The notes beneath the pieces were generated by a model. That model saw only the letters and a list, made by a program, of their open reading frames with translations, had not been told where the DNA came from and made no database searches. The position numbers were made by a program, and so were the translations under genes. This document shows positions 1-12,093 of a stretch of DNA of 64,000 nt, one piece after another. Location: NCBI RefSeq assembly GCF_006345805.1, contig NC_043012.1, forward strand, positions 23,498,001 to 23,562,000. The letters are read 5' to 3'. The stretch is from Octopus sinensis. Its lineage: Eukaryota. Position 1 is the stretch's first letter, and each line of letters opens with the position of its first letter.

Positions 1-547
1 AAAAAAGCCAATGAAAGTAACAACTCCGATACACATCTTTCTCTGCACCCCCATAAAAAAAAATTTTTTTAAATAAAACAAAAAAATAGAAGGAAAAAAA
101 AAAATAACCGAAGATACTTGTGGCTGACATTATCACTGATACATTCTGATGGCAATGTGAATGCAGATTGCAATCAATCACCATAATATATGCAAATCTT
201 ACACAGTCAATACATGACAGTAAATAAATAATTTACAAAAAAATAAATAAAAAAATAAATAAATATATTTTTTTTTTTAATTTTAAAATCCTTTTGTCTG
301 AATAAAGCTTGAGGCGACTATAGTGTAAAGGACTACAAAGAAATAAGAAAAGGTAGCAACCGATTCTAAAGATGTGACAAAATGCTTAAAGGACTAAATA
401 GTATAGTCGAGAGGAAAACAAGATAACGGTAGCGGGTTCCAGAGAACAGCAGTTTGAGGAGAGGAGCTTTGGAAATAAAAAGATTTATGATTAACAGGAA
501 GCTGAACAGAAAGACAATGCACCTGGGAAGAGAAACGAGTGACATGA

Positions 548-1430
548 TTAACCCTGTAGCATCCAGATTACTCTGTCAAATGCAGTGCTTATTTATCCAT
601 GTGGTTTCCAATTAATCATGCCTCATCTCACAGCTTCAAGATTTTGATGATGTGACTGTTTATATTTCAAATGACATTGTAAGAGGCTGGATATGGCTGG
701 TTTGAACACAAAGCAGATAGAATATTTGGGCCAGATGTGGTCAGTATATTTCAAATGACATTGTAGGGTAGGTGTAAGAGGCTGGATATGGCTGGTTTGA
801 ACACAAAGCAGATAGAATATTTGGGCCAGATGTGGTCAGTATATTTCAAATGACATTGTAGGGTAGGTGTAAGAGGCTGGATATGGCTGGTTTGAACATA
901 AAGCAGATAGAATATTTGGGCCAGATGTAGTCAGTATATTTCAAATGACATTGGAGGGTAGGTGTAAGAGGCTGGATATGGCTGGTTTGAACATAAAGCA
1001 GATAGAATATTTGGGCCAGGTGTGGTCAGTATATTTCAAATGACATTGTAGGGTAGGTGTAAGAGGCTGGATGTGGCTGGTTTGAACATAAAGCAGATAG
1101 AATATTTGGGCCAGATGTGGTCAGTATATTTCAAATGACATTGTAGGGTAGGTGTAAGAGGCTGGATATGGCTGGTTTGAACATAAAGCAGATAGACTAT
1201 TTGGGCCAGATGTGGTCAGTATATTTCAAATGACATTGTAGGGTAGGTGTAAGAGGCTGGATATGGCTGGTTTGAACATAAAGCAGATGGAATATTTGGG
1301 CCAGATGTGGTCAGTATATTTCAAATGACATTGTAGGGTAGGTGTAAGAGGCTGGATATGGCTGGTTTGAACACAAAGCAGATAGAATATTTGGGCCAGA
1401 TGTGGTCAGTTTAAATGATAAAAAGTCAAA
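548..1430 (+). mobile_element. piggyBac-type (TTAA) MITE with internal tandem amplification
   Basis: Starts TTAA-CCCTGTAGCATCCA and ends degenerate AATGATAAAAAGTCAAA. It is colinear with the intact 220-bp copy at 41750-41969. Confidence 0.75.
661..1410 (+). repeat. 95-bp minisatellite, about 8 units
   Basis: TATATTTCAAATGAC recurs at 661, 745, 840, 935, 1030, 1125, 1220 and 1315. The first unit is 84 bp, the rest 95 bp and near-identical. Confidence 0.95.
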
Positions 1431-1777
1431 GATCTTGACCGAGAGTACTAGACCAGAAAGTTTGTCAGAGCAATGAACATGGAAATACTTATAAAGAGAC
1501 ATCAAAGACACAAATTTGAGGATGAGTCAATGATTCCAACCCAGAAGAAAGGAGGAGACCCACCATGTTAACAATTTGCTTCTGAACTGGATCAAGTAAA
1601 TTAGGATATTCAGAGAACTTTACTGGGATGGTCACCGGCAAAGTGAAATTTGCTCAGTTTCTATGGATTTTCAATTATCCTACAGCAATCAAATGCAATC
1701 CTTTATTTCAAAACAAAGATGTACTTAATGCAGTGTGCAGATAAATACCAGCATTGACACAAACATATCTCTTTTTT

Positions 1778-1872
1778 TTCGGTCTCTTTTGCCGAACCGC
1801 TAAGTAATGGGGACATAAACACACCAGCATCGGTTGTCAAGCGACGTTGGGGAGACAAACACAGACACACAA

Positions 1873-1909
<37 letters not shown>

Positions 1910-2072
1910 CGACGGGCTTCTTTCAGTTTCTGTCTACCAAATCCACTCACAAGGCTTTGGTCGGCCCGAGGCTATAGTAGAAGACACTTGCCCAAGGTGC
2001 CACGCAGTGGGACTGAACCCGGAACTGTGTGGTTAGTAAGCAAGCTACTTACCACACAGCCACTTCTGCGCC
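1778..2072 (-). mobile_element. SINE family A (tRNA-like head, core, microsatellite hinge, partial tail 1)
   Basis: Reverse complement of GGCGCAG(G/A)AGTGGCTGTGTGGTAAG...GGTTCAGTCCC...CCTTGGGCAAG; matches the copies at 48805 and 62322. Confidence 0.9.
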
Positions 2073-2358
2073 TATACATCTGTACATGTTTTAGAATATT
2101 TATCTAATTGTAATTAAAAGAAAAAAAAAGCAATATCAAATAATACCAGATAGAGAAATAAAGGAATAGAAATAGTAAATTATCATTTGAGATATTTAAA
2201 CTGTTGTAAAATTTACAAATATTTACTGAAATACACCCCCTCCCATATATTGATGGCCATTGAATGTGAGGTGATAGGTTTCTTCTTTCATGAGTTTCAC
2301 TATATTTTTACAAAATAATCAGTTAAAAAACATCTCTCACACACACACACACACACAT

Positions 2359-2408
<50 letters not shown>

Positions 2409-3446
2409 AAGGAAGTGAAAACCATTAAACTTATGTTCAAATTAGCCAAATTAATGGTCTATTTCATAACTTCCACTTAGTGCTGATTAATTTCTAGTGA
2501 AGAAACATCAATGATAAAAGCTTTGTCAAAATTAATCAACAGAGGTATGTCTATGGACAGTCTCTCAGCTTCACAGCTCTTGGTGCTTGCTATTCACAAC
2601 AGCATCACCCTTCCTTCAACAATAATCTCTAATTAGCTAATATCAGCCTTTGAACTGCTTTAGTTTTCTGTTTACTATTTCAACATCACAACACAATAAC
2701 ACAGGTACAATTCAGCTAGTTACAATACACTTGGATCTTACTGCAGAAAAAAAAAAAAAAAAAAAACAGAAAAAATATTTTTCTTCTATTTTTTTCTTCC
2801 ATTTTATTTTACTGTGTAAAAGAGAGAAGAAAAAAAATAGCATTTTTGAAGAAGAGAATGTCAAGTATAAGAAAAGAAATTAAATGGAATGAAATAAAAA
2901 TAATTTGATTTAAACAGTCTCAAAGAGTTTACATAGAGAATTTTGCCGTAGGTTGTTGAGAATCAATTTGTCCTTATTCATAAAGTACAACTAGCAAACT
3001 AAGTTCTCAGCGGAACCTTAGTGTGTGACATATTACTTTATTGTATGATAGAAAAAACTTAATACTGTCCACTTCAACAAGTTTTGTTGTCCTTGAACAT
3101 AAGCACAAACGTAAGGAAAACATGTGTATTGTGCTTGGAAAATTTGATAGCATTGTTAATATTATAAAAATAACTGGTTTTCTTAATTGCCCAATTAGTA
3201 ACACTTTTTTTTTACCACCATAATGATACCAACTTGTAATGTTAATAAAGGGTTCATTATTATGATATAAATAGCATAGAATACTTTCAATAAGACTACA
3301 AATAAAAACTCAACAATCATTAACAGAACTGAAAGTAACAACAAATGAAACTTAATAATCATATTATTGTCTCTAATTATTAAGAATTATACATCTTAAT
3401 ATATTAGTCTGAAATGAATGCATTCAACTTCACAAAGGACTATATA

Positions 3447-4293
3447 GGTGCAGGCATGGCTGAGTGGTAAGAAAGTATGCTTTGTTTTGTAACCATGTGG
3501 TCTTGGGTTGAACCCCACAACAGGTCATATTAGGCGAATATCATGTATTATAGCCCTGGTTTGACCAATGCCTTGTGAGTGAATTTGATAGATAGAAACT
3601 ACCTGGAAGCTACCTGAAAGGCGGCGAGCTGGCAGAATCGTTAGCACGCCGGGCGAAATGCTTAGTGGTATTTCATCTGCCGTTACGTTCTGAGTTAAAA
3701 TTCCACCGAGGTCGACTTTGCCTTTCATCCTTTCGGGGTCGATTAAATAACTACCAGTTACACACTGGGATCGATATAGTCGACTTAATCTGTTTGTCTG
3801 TCCTTGTTTGTCCCCTCTGTGTTTAGCCCCTAGTGGGTAGTAAAGAAATAGATATTTTGTCTGCCGCTACGTTCTGAGTTCAAATTCCGCCAAGGTCGAC
3901 TTTGCCTTTCATCTTTACGGGGGTCGATTAAATAAGTACCAGTTACGCACTGGAGTCGATATAATTGACTTAATCAGTTTGTCTGTCCTTGTTTGACCCC
4001 TTTGTGTGTAGCCCTTTGTGGCCAGTAAAGAAATAAGAAACTACCTGGAAGCCTGTGATGTATGAATGCATGTGCGTATGCTTGTGTGTGTGTGAGTGTG
4101 TGTGTGTGAGTGTGTGTGTGTTTGTGCTTGTCCCTACCACCATTTGACAATTGGTATTGGTTTGTTTACAACTTAACAGTTATAAGTAGTAGACTTTACA
4201 AAAAAAAGTGTTGGGGTCAATTTGCTCAATCAAATCACTCAAAGTGGTGCTCCGGCATGGCTGCAATCCAAAGACAGAGAAACAAACAAAAGA
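3447..4293 (+). mobile_element. Older SINE A copy interrupted by a SINE B dimer
   Basis: A-type head at 3447-3610 and tail ending GGTGCTCCGGCATGGCTGCAATCC..GAAACAAAC near 4245-4290. Confidence 0.75.
3620..4035 (+). mobile_element. SINE family B head-to-tail dimer with 17-bp target site duplication
   Basis: Head GGCGGCGAGCTGGCAGAATCG...GAGTT(A/C)AAATTCC. AGAAACTACCTGGAAGC is duplicated at 3594-3610 and 4036-4052. Confidence 0.9.
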
Positions 4294-4629
4294 TATGGGT
4301 AAATAATTCCTCTACAACAGCATTATATACACACACTTAAACATACACAAAACAACTGTACATGACTGTGTAGATGTGTGCAAATGTTAAGAATAAGGTT
4401 ATTAATGGAGAATGGAAAATGTGTATCCATGAGCTTCCATATTACATTAACAACACTCTTCCAACAGAGTGACCTTCTAACATTGGTTAAACATACCTTG
4501 TTTATTACCTTTTCCTACAGGTGTAAATCTATAGCTCAACTCGTATAAGGTTTCTTAAATTGCATATTGTCTGCATTAATCAATTCTAATATTTTTTTCT
4601 CTTTTGTTATTTTATTTCATTTGTTACGG

Positions 4630-4760
4630 TTCCAGATTATTCCTGACAAACTATTTTGTCCTTACAGCTGTAGAATGGCTTCATGGCTTCCTAGTCAACC
4701 AATAACTACACAGCTGCTGCACCCTAAAATACAGAAATCTTTCTGGTGTCACCGAGAAAC
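4630..4760 (+). mobile_element. Very old LINE reverse-transcriptase fragment
   Basis: Translates VEWLHGFLVNQ*...NLSGVT, resembling the RT motif W..FL.NR.Q...SGVPQG. Confidence 0.35.
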
Positions 4761-5234
4761 AAGGAATGCATTTTAATTTTATAAGGAGTTCTGGCGATCT
4801 AATAAAGATAATGTTATTTAGTTATTATATTTAGATGTTTTTTTTTTCATAAACAAAAGCTAAAAGCAAAGCCAACCCCCCCCCCAAAAAAAAAACAAAA
4901 GAAATTAAATCAACAAAGTATGAATGACCTTCACAGTTTATAGAGCTTCTTAATAAAAGTTTCACCAAAATTTGGTAATAAAAAGATCCTGTCATGGAAA
5001 ATATTAGAGTGCTAGAAAAATAAGTTATAAAGATATCCACAACTTAACTTCCATTCTGCACTGTTTTAATAATGTGTTTTTTGCATAGACAAACACAACA
5101 TAAAAATTACCATATATCGATATGTATGTGTGTGAGTGCATATATGTGCATGTGTGTGTATAGATAGATAAAAGAAAGTGAGTGAGAAATACATACAATG
5201 TCATTTTGTATACATATATGCAGTAATGTATGCA

Positions 5235-5640
5235 TATGTGTACGTTGTGTGCATGTCACCATCCTCATTATTCCATGTCCACTTGTTCATGGTTCTATGG
5301 GTTGGATGGAATTTAGAGATGCAGATTTTCTAAGGCTGGGTGCTTTTCCTGTCACCAACCCTCAACTGTTTATAAGCAAGGTAATATTTCCCCATAACAA
5401 GACAGGTTTTACATGGGAGATAGGAAACAAACAACTGAGTTTCTATGATGCAGATGCTCATTGACAACCATCATACGATGTGTAGACAATGGAACGCACA
5501 AGCATATACACACACACACACACACGCACAAAGGCTTCTTTCAATTTCCATTTACCAAATCTACTCTCATAGCTTTGGATGCCCAAGCTGCAGTGAACCT
5601 GAACCCAATACGACATGGCTGGGAAGCAAGCTTCTGAACT
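5235..5640 (-). mobile_element. SINE A with RTE-type tail 2
   Basis: A-type head and core near 5530-5640, CA hinge, then a body with GGTTGGTGACAGGAAAAGCACCCAG. The same layout occurs at 12530-12945, 36690-37170 and 51080-51500. Confidence 0.7.
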
Positions 5641-5814
5641 ACATCTATAATTGTTCTTTCATACTTCCATTCCTTTTCACATCCATTTTACCAACCTGGT
5701 ATGGGTTAGATGAAGTTTATTGAGGCAGATTTATTTTTATGGTCAGAAGCTCATCCTGTCCTCAACCCATAACCCTTTTTCATGTAGGGCACTTATTTAC
5801 CTTTTATTTTTTAC

Positions 5815-6195
5815 ATGTTTCAATCACTGGACTGTGGCCATACAGGAGCACTTGCTTTGAGGTATTTAGGTGAATAAATCAGCCCCAGGACATTTTGTTT
5901 TTCTTCAAGTCTGTGGCTTATTGGACCACTAAGTTACAGGGAGGAAAACAAACCGACACCAGTTGCCAAATGGTGGCAGTAGCACAAACACATGCACAAA
6001 AATATAAACACAGAGACACACATATATATATATATATATATGATGGGTGCCTACACAGTTTCTGCCAACCACATTCACTTAAAGCCACTGGAGAGCCAGG
6101 AGCCATAGCAGAAGACATTTGCTCAAGGTACAGAGCAATGGGACGGAACCCAGAACCACATAGTTGCAAAGCAAACTTCTTAACTGCACACATTT
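5815..6195 (-). mobile_element. SINE A, tail 1, diverged
   Basis: Colinear with the 48805-49225 copy. Confidence 0.75.
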
Positions 6196-6752
6196 TCCAT
6201 TTCTTTCACATTCCACTGGTCATTGCAAGTTGGAACCATGCAACTCTTTAGTTACCAAGTTAATGGGATTGCATGGAAGAGCATTCACACACACACACAT
6301 ACACACACAATCTAATGCACAATCTGATTTCATATTCATTAGGGTGGGGGTGGGGGTGTCAACGACAGCAAAGAGATGTTTTGGTGTTAATGGGAGTAAT
6401 GAATAGGGTAATATAAAGCTCGCCAATAATCAAGAAACAATTGCAAAATTAGTCATTGTAATTGGTTGATAATCATCATTTGTAACACAGTAAGCAAAGA
6501 CAAGGGAAAATAATGACTAGATATGATGCTCTTCACATTATTAACTGATTAGTGGTGGTGGCTGGTGGTGGTGGTGGGGTGGGGTGGGCGAGTATTCAAT
6601 ACCTTTATATATATATATTGTATATGAACACACTGGATAAAGTGATTTCATTCAGGCTTTGGATCTCAGGAAATATCTTTATGCACACACATGCATATAT
6701 ATGATTATATATATGTATATATATATGTGTGTGTGTGTGTGGTGTGTGTGTA

Positions 6753-6906
6753 TCAAGACAGTTTGAGTCATACTCCTCGGTCTTCTGTGTTTCAAGCATG
6801 TGGCTAATCTTCAGCCATTGGGGTCTGAATTCAAACCTCAATGGCTGAAAACTAGCCACATGCTTGAAACTCAGAGTACCAAGGATTCTGAATCTAACTG
6901 TTCTGA
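6753..6906. repeat. 154-bp imperfect palindrome centred on GAATTC (foldback or MITE-like)
   Basis: Inner arms 6789-6829 and 6830-6870 are complementary at 37/41 positions; outer arms 6753-6788 and 6871-6906 at 26/36. Confidence 0.9.
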
Positions 6907-6959
6907 TCTATACATATAACTCCCAATAAATGCGTTGAGTGCCCTACTTTTGTGTGTGC

Positions 6960-6994
<35 letters not shown>

Positions 6995-6995
<1 letters not shown>

Positions 6996-7157
6996 CACTC
7001 ATGGAGTGGTTCGCGTTAGGAAGGGCATCCAGCTGTAGAAACACTGCCAGTTCAGACTGGTGCCTGGTGCAGCCACCTGGCTTCCCAGACTCTGATCGAA
7101 CCGTCCAACCCATGCTAGCATAGAAAACGGACATTAAACGATGATGATGATGATGAT
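6995..7157 (+). mobile_element. Family C retroposon 3' part with (GAT)n tail
   Basis: GGAGTGGTTCGCGTTAGGAAGGGCATCCAGCTGTAGAAAC...CCAACCCATGCTAGCAT..AAACGATGATGATG. Other copies at about 45560-45810 and 48706-48795 (+), and 39975-40290 and 51505-51655 (-). Confidence 0.85.
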
Positions 7158-7179
7158 ACGTATACACATATAAATATAT

Positions 7180-7213
<34 letters not shown>

Positions 7214-8272
7214 CTGTCTGGCTCTCACACACACAGCTTGATAACTAGGATTGGTTTGTTTATGGCCTTGTAACATAATGATTCATCGAAAGAGAACAAT
7301 AGAATAAGAGAAAAAAGAAAAAAAAGAACTGGGGCTGAAACCCACCAAAAATAAAAATAAATACTAGGGTAGAATTGTTTGACAAAAACCCTCAAGACAG
7401 GGCCATAGCATGGCTGCAATCCAATGAGCGAAACAAGTAAACAGTAACACAATAATAGAATAAAACCAATAGGAAATATTACAAGACAGCTTTCTTTTTG
7501 CCATCACTATTCCAAAAATGTATCTTTATAGAAGTTGATATCTGTACCGGAAGTTTTGTCTAAACTTGTTGATGAGTTTCAAGGAAGAAAACTAACAACT
7601 GCATCAATTTTGTATTTTATATATTTCACTATTACCTTAATTAGATTTCCTGATATCTGCCATATGCCAATGGACACCAAATATTTATCTCAGATGTATT
7701 CAGGGCAATCACTGACTTAACTGGAAGTTCTATAACTGAGCTTCCAGAACCAATCTATAAGCCAAAGGCAAAAATATTGTCCATTGCTTTTGAATAATGT
7801 TTCCTCAAGGTGAAAAGCTTACAATGTATTGTTAGTTGATATTTAAAGGGGACTTATTTTGTTAGAACTACAAAGAGTACAGATAGTTGCTAAAATTCTA
7901 TAATAGTAAATGATGAACGGCATCAGTTAGTTATTTGAATGTCACTGATTGTAATGACTCACAAGTCATTGATGCCGTTACAATCACATAACACTAAGTT
8001 AAGTTAAAATATTATTGGATTACTAATTACTTTATTGATTAGCAAATTGGAATGCAGAGGAGTCGAGTCTTTTGTAAAGGTAACTTATATGACAGACAAT
8101 AAGTATCATTTTTAATAGGCATTAGTTGTCGAGGATATCTACGTGAGAACATAGTGCAAGGATGAAAATGTAACAATGAATAAAATACTTGAACTAAATG
8201 CAGTGTGTGTGTGTATGTATGTATACACACATATACACACATATATATATATATATTATATATATATGGGAA

Positions 8273-8310
<38 letters not shown>

Positions 8311-8314
<4 letters not shown>

Positions 8315-8490
8315 AGAATTCAGAAAAAAACAAAAGACGAAGACAGGTGGTGTAGACAACAAACAGATGTATTAGCTTATGCTTGGGGAGTGAAAAAGTC
8401 TTTAATGTTTTGAGCCTATGCTCTTCCACAGAAAGGAACACGGAAAGAAACAAGGAGAAAAAATAAAGTATGTGTAGTGGCTAGTGACCT
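8311..8490 (-). mobile_element. Short hammerhead-motif element, subfamily B, decayed
   Basis: Minus strand reads CCTTT-CTGTGGA-A-GAGC-ATAG-GCTC-AAAACAT-T-AAAGA. It abuts a (TA)n tract and is homologous to the 10545 and 62744 copies. Confidence 0.7.
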
Positions 8491-8721
8491 TATGTACATT
8501 TGTTTCTGTTACAGAACTGCTGCCATGCTAAGGCACCATCTTAGAGGGCTTTAGTGGAACAAACTGACACCAGTACCCATTTTTTAAGTTGATTATTTAC
8601 TTCATTGTTTTATAGGTATCTTTTGCTGAACTGCTAAGTTATAGGGATGCAAACAAATCAACACCAGTTGCCAAGTGGTGGGAGAACAAACACCCACACA
8701 CATACCCACACACACACACAC

Positions 8722-8760
<39 letters not shown>

Positions 8761-9254
8761 GGCTTCCTCACAGTTTCTGTCTACCAAGTTTCCTAATAAT
8801 CCTTCAGCTGAATGTAAAATTTCATTTAGTTTAACTTCAGATAAAAACAAACCTTAATGTGTGTGTGTGTGTGTGTGTGTGTGTTTGTCACTCCCCCTCC
8901 CACCCAACTACTGGATGACCAATGTAATTTTTTTATATCCTGCGACTTAGCAGTTTGGCAAAAGAGACAGTGGTATAAATACTAGACTTTAAAAACACAA
9001 ACAGGTACCACGGTTGATTCATTCAACTAAAACACCCCTCAAGGCAATGCCTCAGCATGGTCGCAGTCCAATGACTGAAACAAGTAAAATATAAAAAACA
9101 TCAACATTATCTTCACTGCTGACAACACATAATTAATTAATACTTTCTAAAAGAGCCTCGTCATTTTTACGAAGATTTTCTTTAACGAAACAAGGAACTT
9201 AACTTCTTTTCAGGTTACTAGTTTCAGTTCTGATGCCTCTGTTGTTATCTTTTA

Positions 9255-9615
9255 TCTTTTATTTGTTTCAGTCATTTGGATGCGGCCATGCTGCAGCACC
9301 ACCTTTAAGCTGAACGAATTGAGCTCAGTACTTATATTTTAAGCCTGGTACTTATTCTATCAGTTTCTTTTGCTGAACCACTAAGTTATAGGGACATAAA
9401 CATACCAATATCAGTCGTCAATCAGCGTTGGGGGACAAACACACACACACACAGATATATGACAGGCTTCTTTCAGTTGTGTCTACCAAATCTACTCATA
9501 TGATTTTGGTTGACCTGAGGCTATAGCAGAAGGTACTTGCCATCGATGTCATGCAATGGGATTGAACTAGGAACCATGTGGTTGGGAGGCAAACTTCCTA
9601 CCATAGTGCCACACT
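9255..9615 (-). mobile_element. SINE A, tail 1, near full length
   Basis: Colinear with the 48805-49225 copy, including the tail hairpin. Confidence 0.85.
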
Positions 9616-10544
9616 TGCATCGACAGCATCAATACAATCCAATGTAGCCACTGTAAGGTAACATTAACTTAAAACTGTCCTATCCAAAACATACGCCACC
9701 TTGAAATTAGAAATATTAAGAATGGAAGATTTTGAGGAAAGCATTAAATAAATAGAGTCAAAAATGCCAATGAAACTGCGGACAGTAAAATTATTGAGAA
9801 TTATAAAGAGAAGATAATCACTGCGGCTTAATTAATGAATCTCAGCATGGTAGCTTATATTTGAGTCCATTTTAATTACTGACTCTTTGGGCTAACTAAT
9901 TAGAAAGATATTACTACAACCTCAGCCAGCAGAAAGAGAAGCTTTTAAGAGACATAGCAATTACCGTAATAAAGTTAACAAAAAGTCAACACCCCTACTA
10001 CCGTATTTAAATTGAAGATTTAAAAGAAAATTTAATGATTAATAAAGACAAAAGCAACCAATATGAAAAAAAAATTAAGGGCAACACCCAACATTAAAGC
10101 AACAATGAGTGGAGGAACAAAAGCAAAGAGAGAAAACAGGAAACAACTAATTACATTATAATAAGATATGACAGTGATTGATATGAAAAATAATGAAAAC
10201 AATGAGCTTTCGAAACATATTCTGCTTGGTTCCTTTGTTGTTTTTCTTTTTTCTTACCAAAAACACACACAAAAAAGAAACACAGGTAAATCTTTCTCTC
10301 TCTCTCTCTCTAGCAATGCACCTTAGAAAAGTCTTTCTTTCTCAACTGCAAAGTCTCTCTCACTTTCTACCTCTCTCTATCTCTGCTCATTTCCGCCCCC
10401 CCCCCACCTATGTAACCCACCACCATTATTTCTTACTCTGTATCTTTCTCTAATTATGTTCCTTTTCATCTTTCTTTCTGTTTTTTTTTTCTTCTCATCT
10501 TTCTTTCCAGAACGACATCTCTTCATTCTCATCATCCCTAGAAT

Positions 10545-10693
10545 TGTTCTTGTTTTTTCTATATCCCATTCTGTAGAAGAGTGTAGGCTCGAAACGTAAA
10601 GGACTTTTTCTATTCCTGGGCGTTATACTAATACATTTGTTTGTTTTGTACACCACCTGTGTTTGTCTTTTGTTTTTTTCGTAAACCCTCCCT
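10545..10693 (+). mobile_element. Short hammerhead-motif element, subfamily B
   Basis: CTGTAGA-A-GAGT-GTAG-GCTC-GAAACGT-A at 10571-10598; the rest is colinear with the 8311 and 62744 copies. Confidence 0.7.
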
Positions 10694-10850
10694 ACACACG
10701 CATATATATATACATATATATACGATGGGCTTCTTTCAGTTCCCATCTACCAAATCCACTTACAAGGCTTTGGTCGGCCCGAGGCTATAATAGAAGACAC
10801 TTGCCCACAGTTGATAAGCAAGCTACATACCACACAGCCACTCCTGCACC

Positions 10851-10911
<61 letters not shown>

Positions 10912-10981
10912 AGCTGTGGATATCCAAAGCAAAAATGTATCTTAAAATATATATATACTGCCACTTTCATTTCTAACTCCT

Positions 10982-11196
10982 TTAAACCATTTGATATCAA
11001 TATGCCTGATAGCACTCCTGGTTTTATGATACAAATGACTTGTCTTTCAATGATGTAAATCAAAATTTTCCATCTAAATTTAATAACACCAGATTAATAG
11101 TGACAAAATTACATAACTAAATTCTTCGTTCTTTTAAAAATTAATTGAAGCAAATCCTGTGTTTTTCAATAGAAATATAGGAACAAAAATGGTTAA
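10982..11196. mobile_element. Second, degraded TTAA-type MITE
   Basis: Bounded by TTAAACCATTT on the left and AAATGGTTAA on the right, with an AT-rich non-coding interior. Confidence 0.45.
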
Positions 11197-11351
11197 GAGA
11201 CAACAGTTTGGTGGAATATTTTCTGGCAAGTTGCATCAAGTCTGTTTGTTGTTATTCAAAGTATTCAAATGCAATGTTTTTTTTTTATTAGTCTTTTTAA
11301 ACTTGTATCCTTTTCATGACATTCTTTGTTGTGGGATCAAAGTTACACACT

Positions 11352-12093
11352 AAGGTGATGTAGTAAATTGGATCGGAACATGTAGTAAGGTGATGTAGTA
11401 AATTGGATTGGAACATGTAGTAAAGTGATGTAGTAAATTGGATCGGGACATGTAGTAAGGTGATGTAGTAAATTGGATCGGAACATGTAGTAAGGTGATG
11501 TAGCAAATTGGATCAGAACATGTAGTAAGGTGATGTAGTAAATTGAATTGGAATATGTAGTAAGGTGATGAAGTACACTGGATCAGAACATGTAGTAAGG
11601 GGATGTAAATTGGATTGGAACATGTAGTAAACTGAATCAGAACATGTAGTAAGTTGATGTAGTAAATTGGATCGGAACATGTAATAAGGTGATGTAGTAA
11701 ATTGGATCAGAACATGTAGTAAGGTGTTGTAGTAAATTGGATCAGAAGATGTAGTAATCTGGTTCAGAACATGTAGTAACTTGATGTAGTAAATTGGATC
11801 AGAACATGTAGGAAAGTGATGTAGTAAATTGGATCAAAACATGTAGGAAAGTGATGTAGTAAATTGGATTGTAACGTGTAGTAAAGCGCTGTAGTAAATT
11901 GGATCAGAACATGTAGTAAGGTGAAGGTGATGTAGTAAATTGGATCAGAACATGTAAGGCGATGTAGTAAATTGGATTGGAACATGTAGTAAGGTGATGT
12001 AGTAAATTGGATCGGAACATGTAGTAAGGTGATGTAGTAAATTAGATCAGAACATGTAGTAAGGTGAAGGTGATGTAGTAAATTGGATCAGAA
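11352..12093 (+). repeat. 35-bp minisatellite, about 21 units
   Basis: Unit AAGGTGATGTAGTAAATTGGATC(A/G)GAACATGTAGT, with point variants and small indels. Confidence 0.95.

Larger units (their letters stand above)
330..1690 (-). mobile_element. Degraded CR1/Jockey-type LINE ORF2 C-terminus, split by a TTAA MITE at 548-1430
   Basis: Manual minus-strand translation gives LLDPVQKQIVNMVG...VSLMSLYKYFHVHCSDKLSGLV (ORF 1311..1511). After the MITE it continues HVTRFSSQVH...FQSSSPQTAVLWNPLPLSCFPLDY, matching the post-RT SLFYKY..CS..L / SFFPRT..LWN.LP..FP..Y motifs. Frameshifts and stops are present. Confidence 0.7.

Noticed and set aside
7532-7800. Protein-like frames KLISVPEVLSKLVDEFQGRKL and DVFRAITDLTGSSITELPEPIYKPK
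   Set aside because: Splice phases do not join and no family is recognised; possibly an old transposon. A tblastn search would settle it.
661-12093. 95-bp and 35-bp arrays as CRISPR candidates
   Set aside because: Contiguous units with no unique spacers, no cas genes, eukaryotic context.
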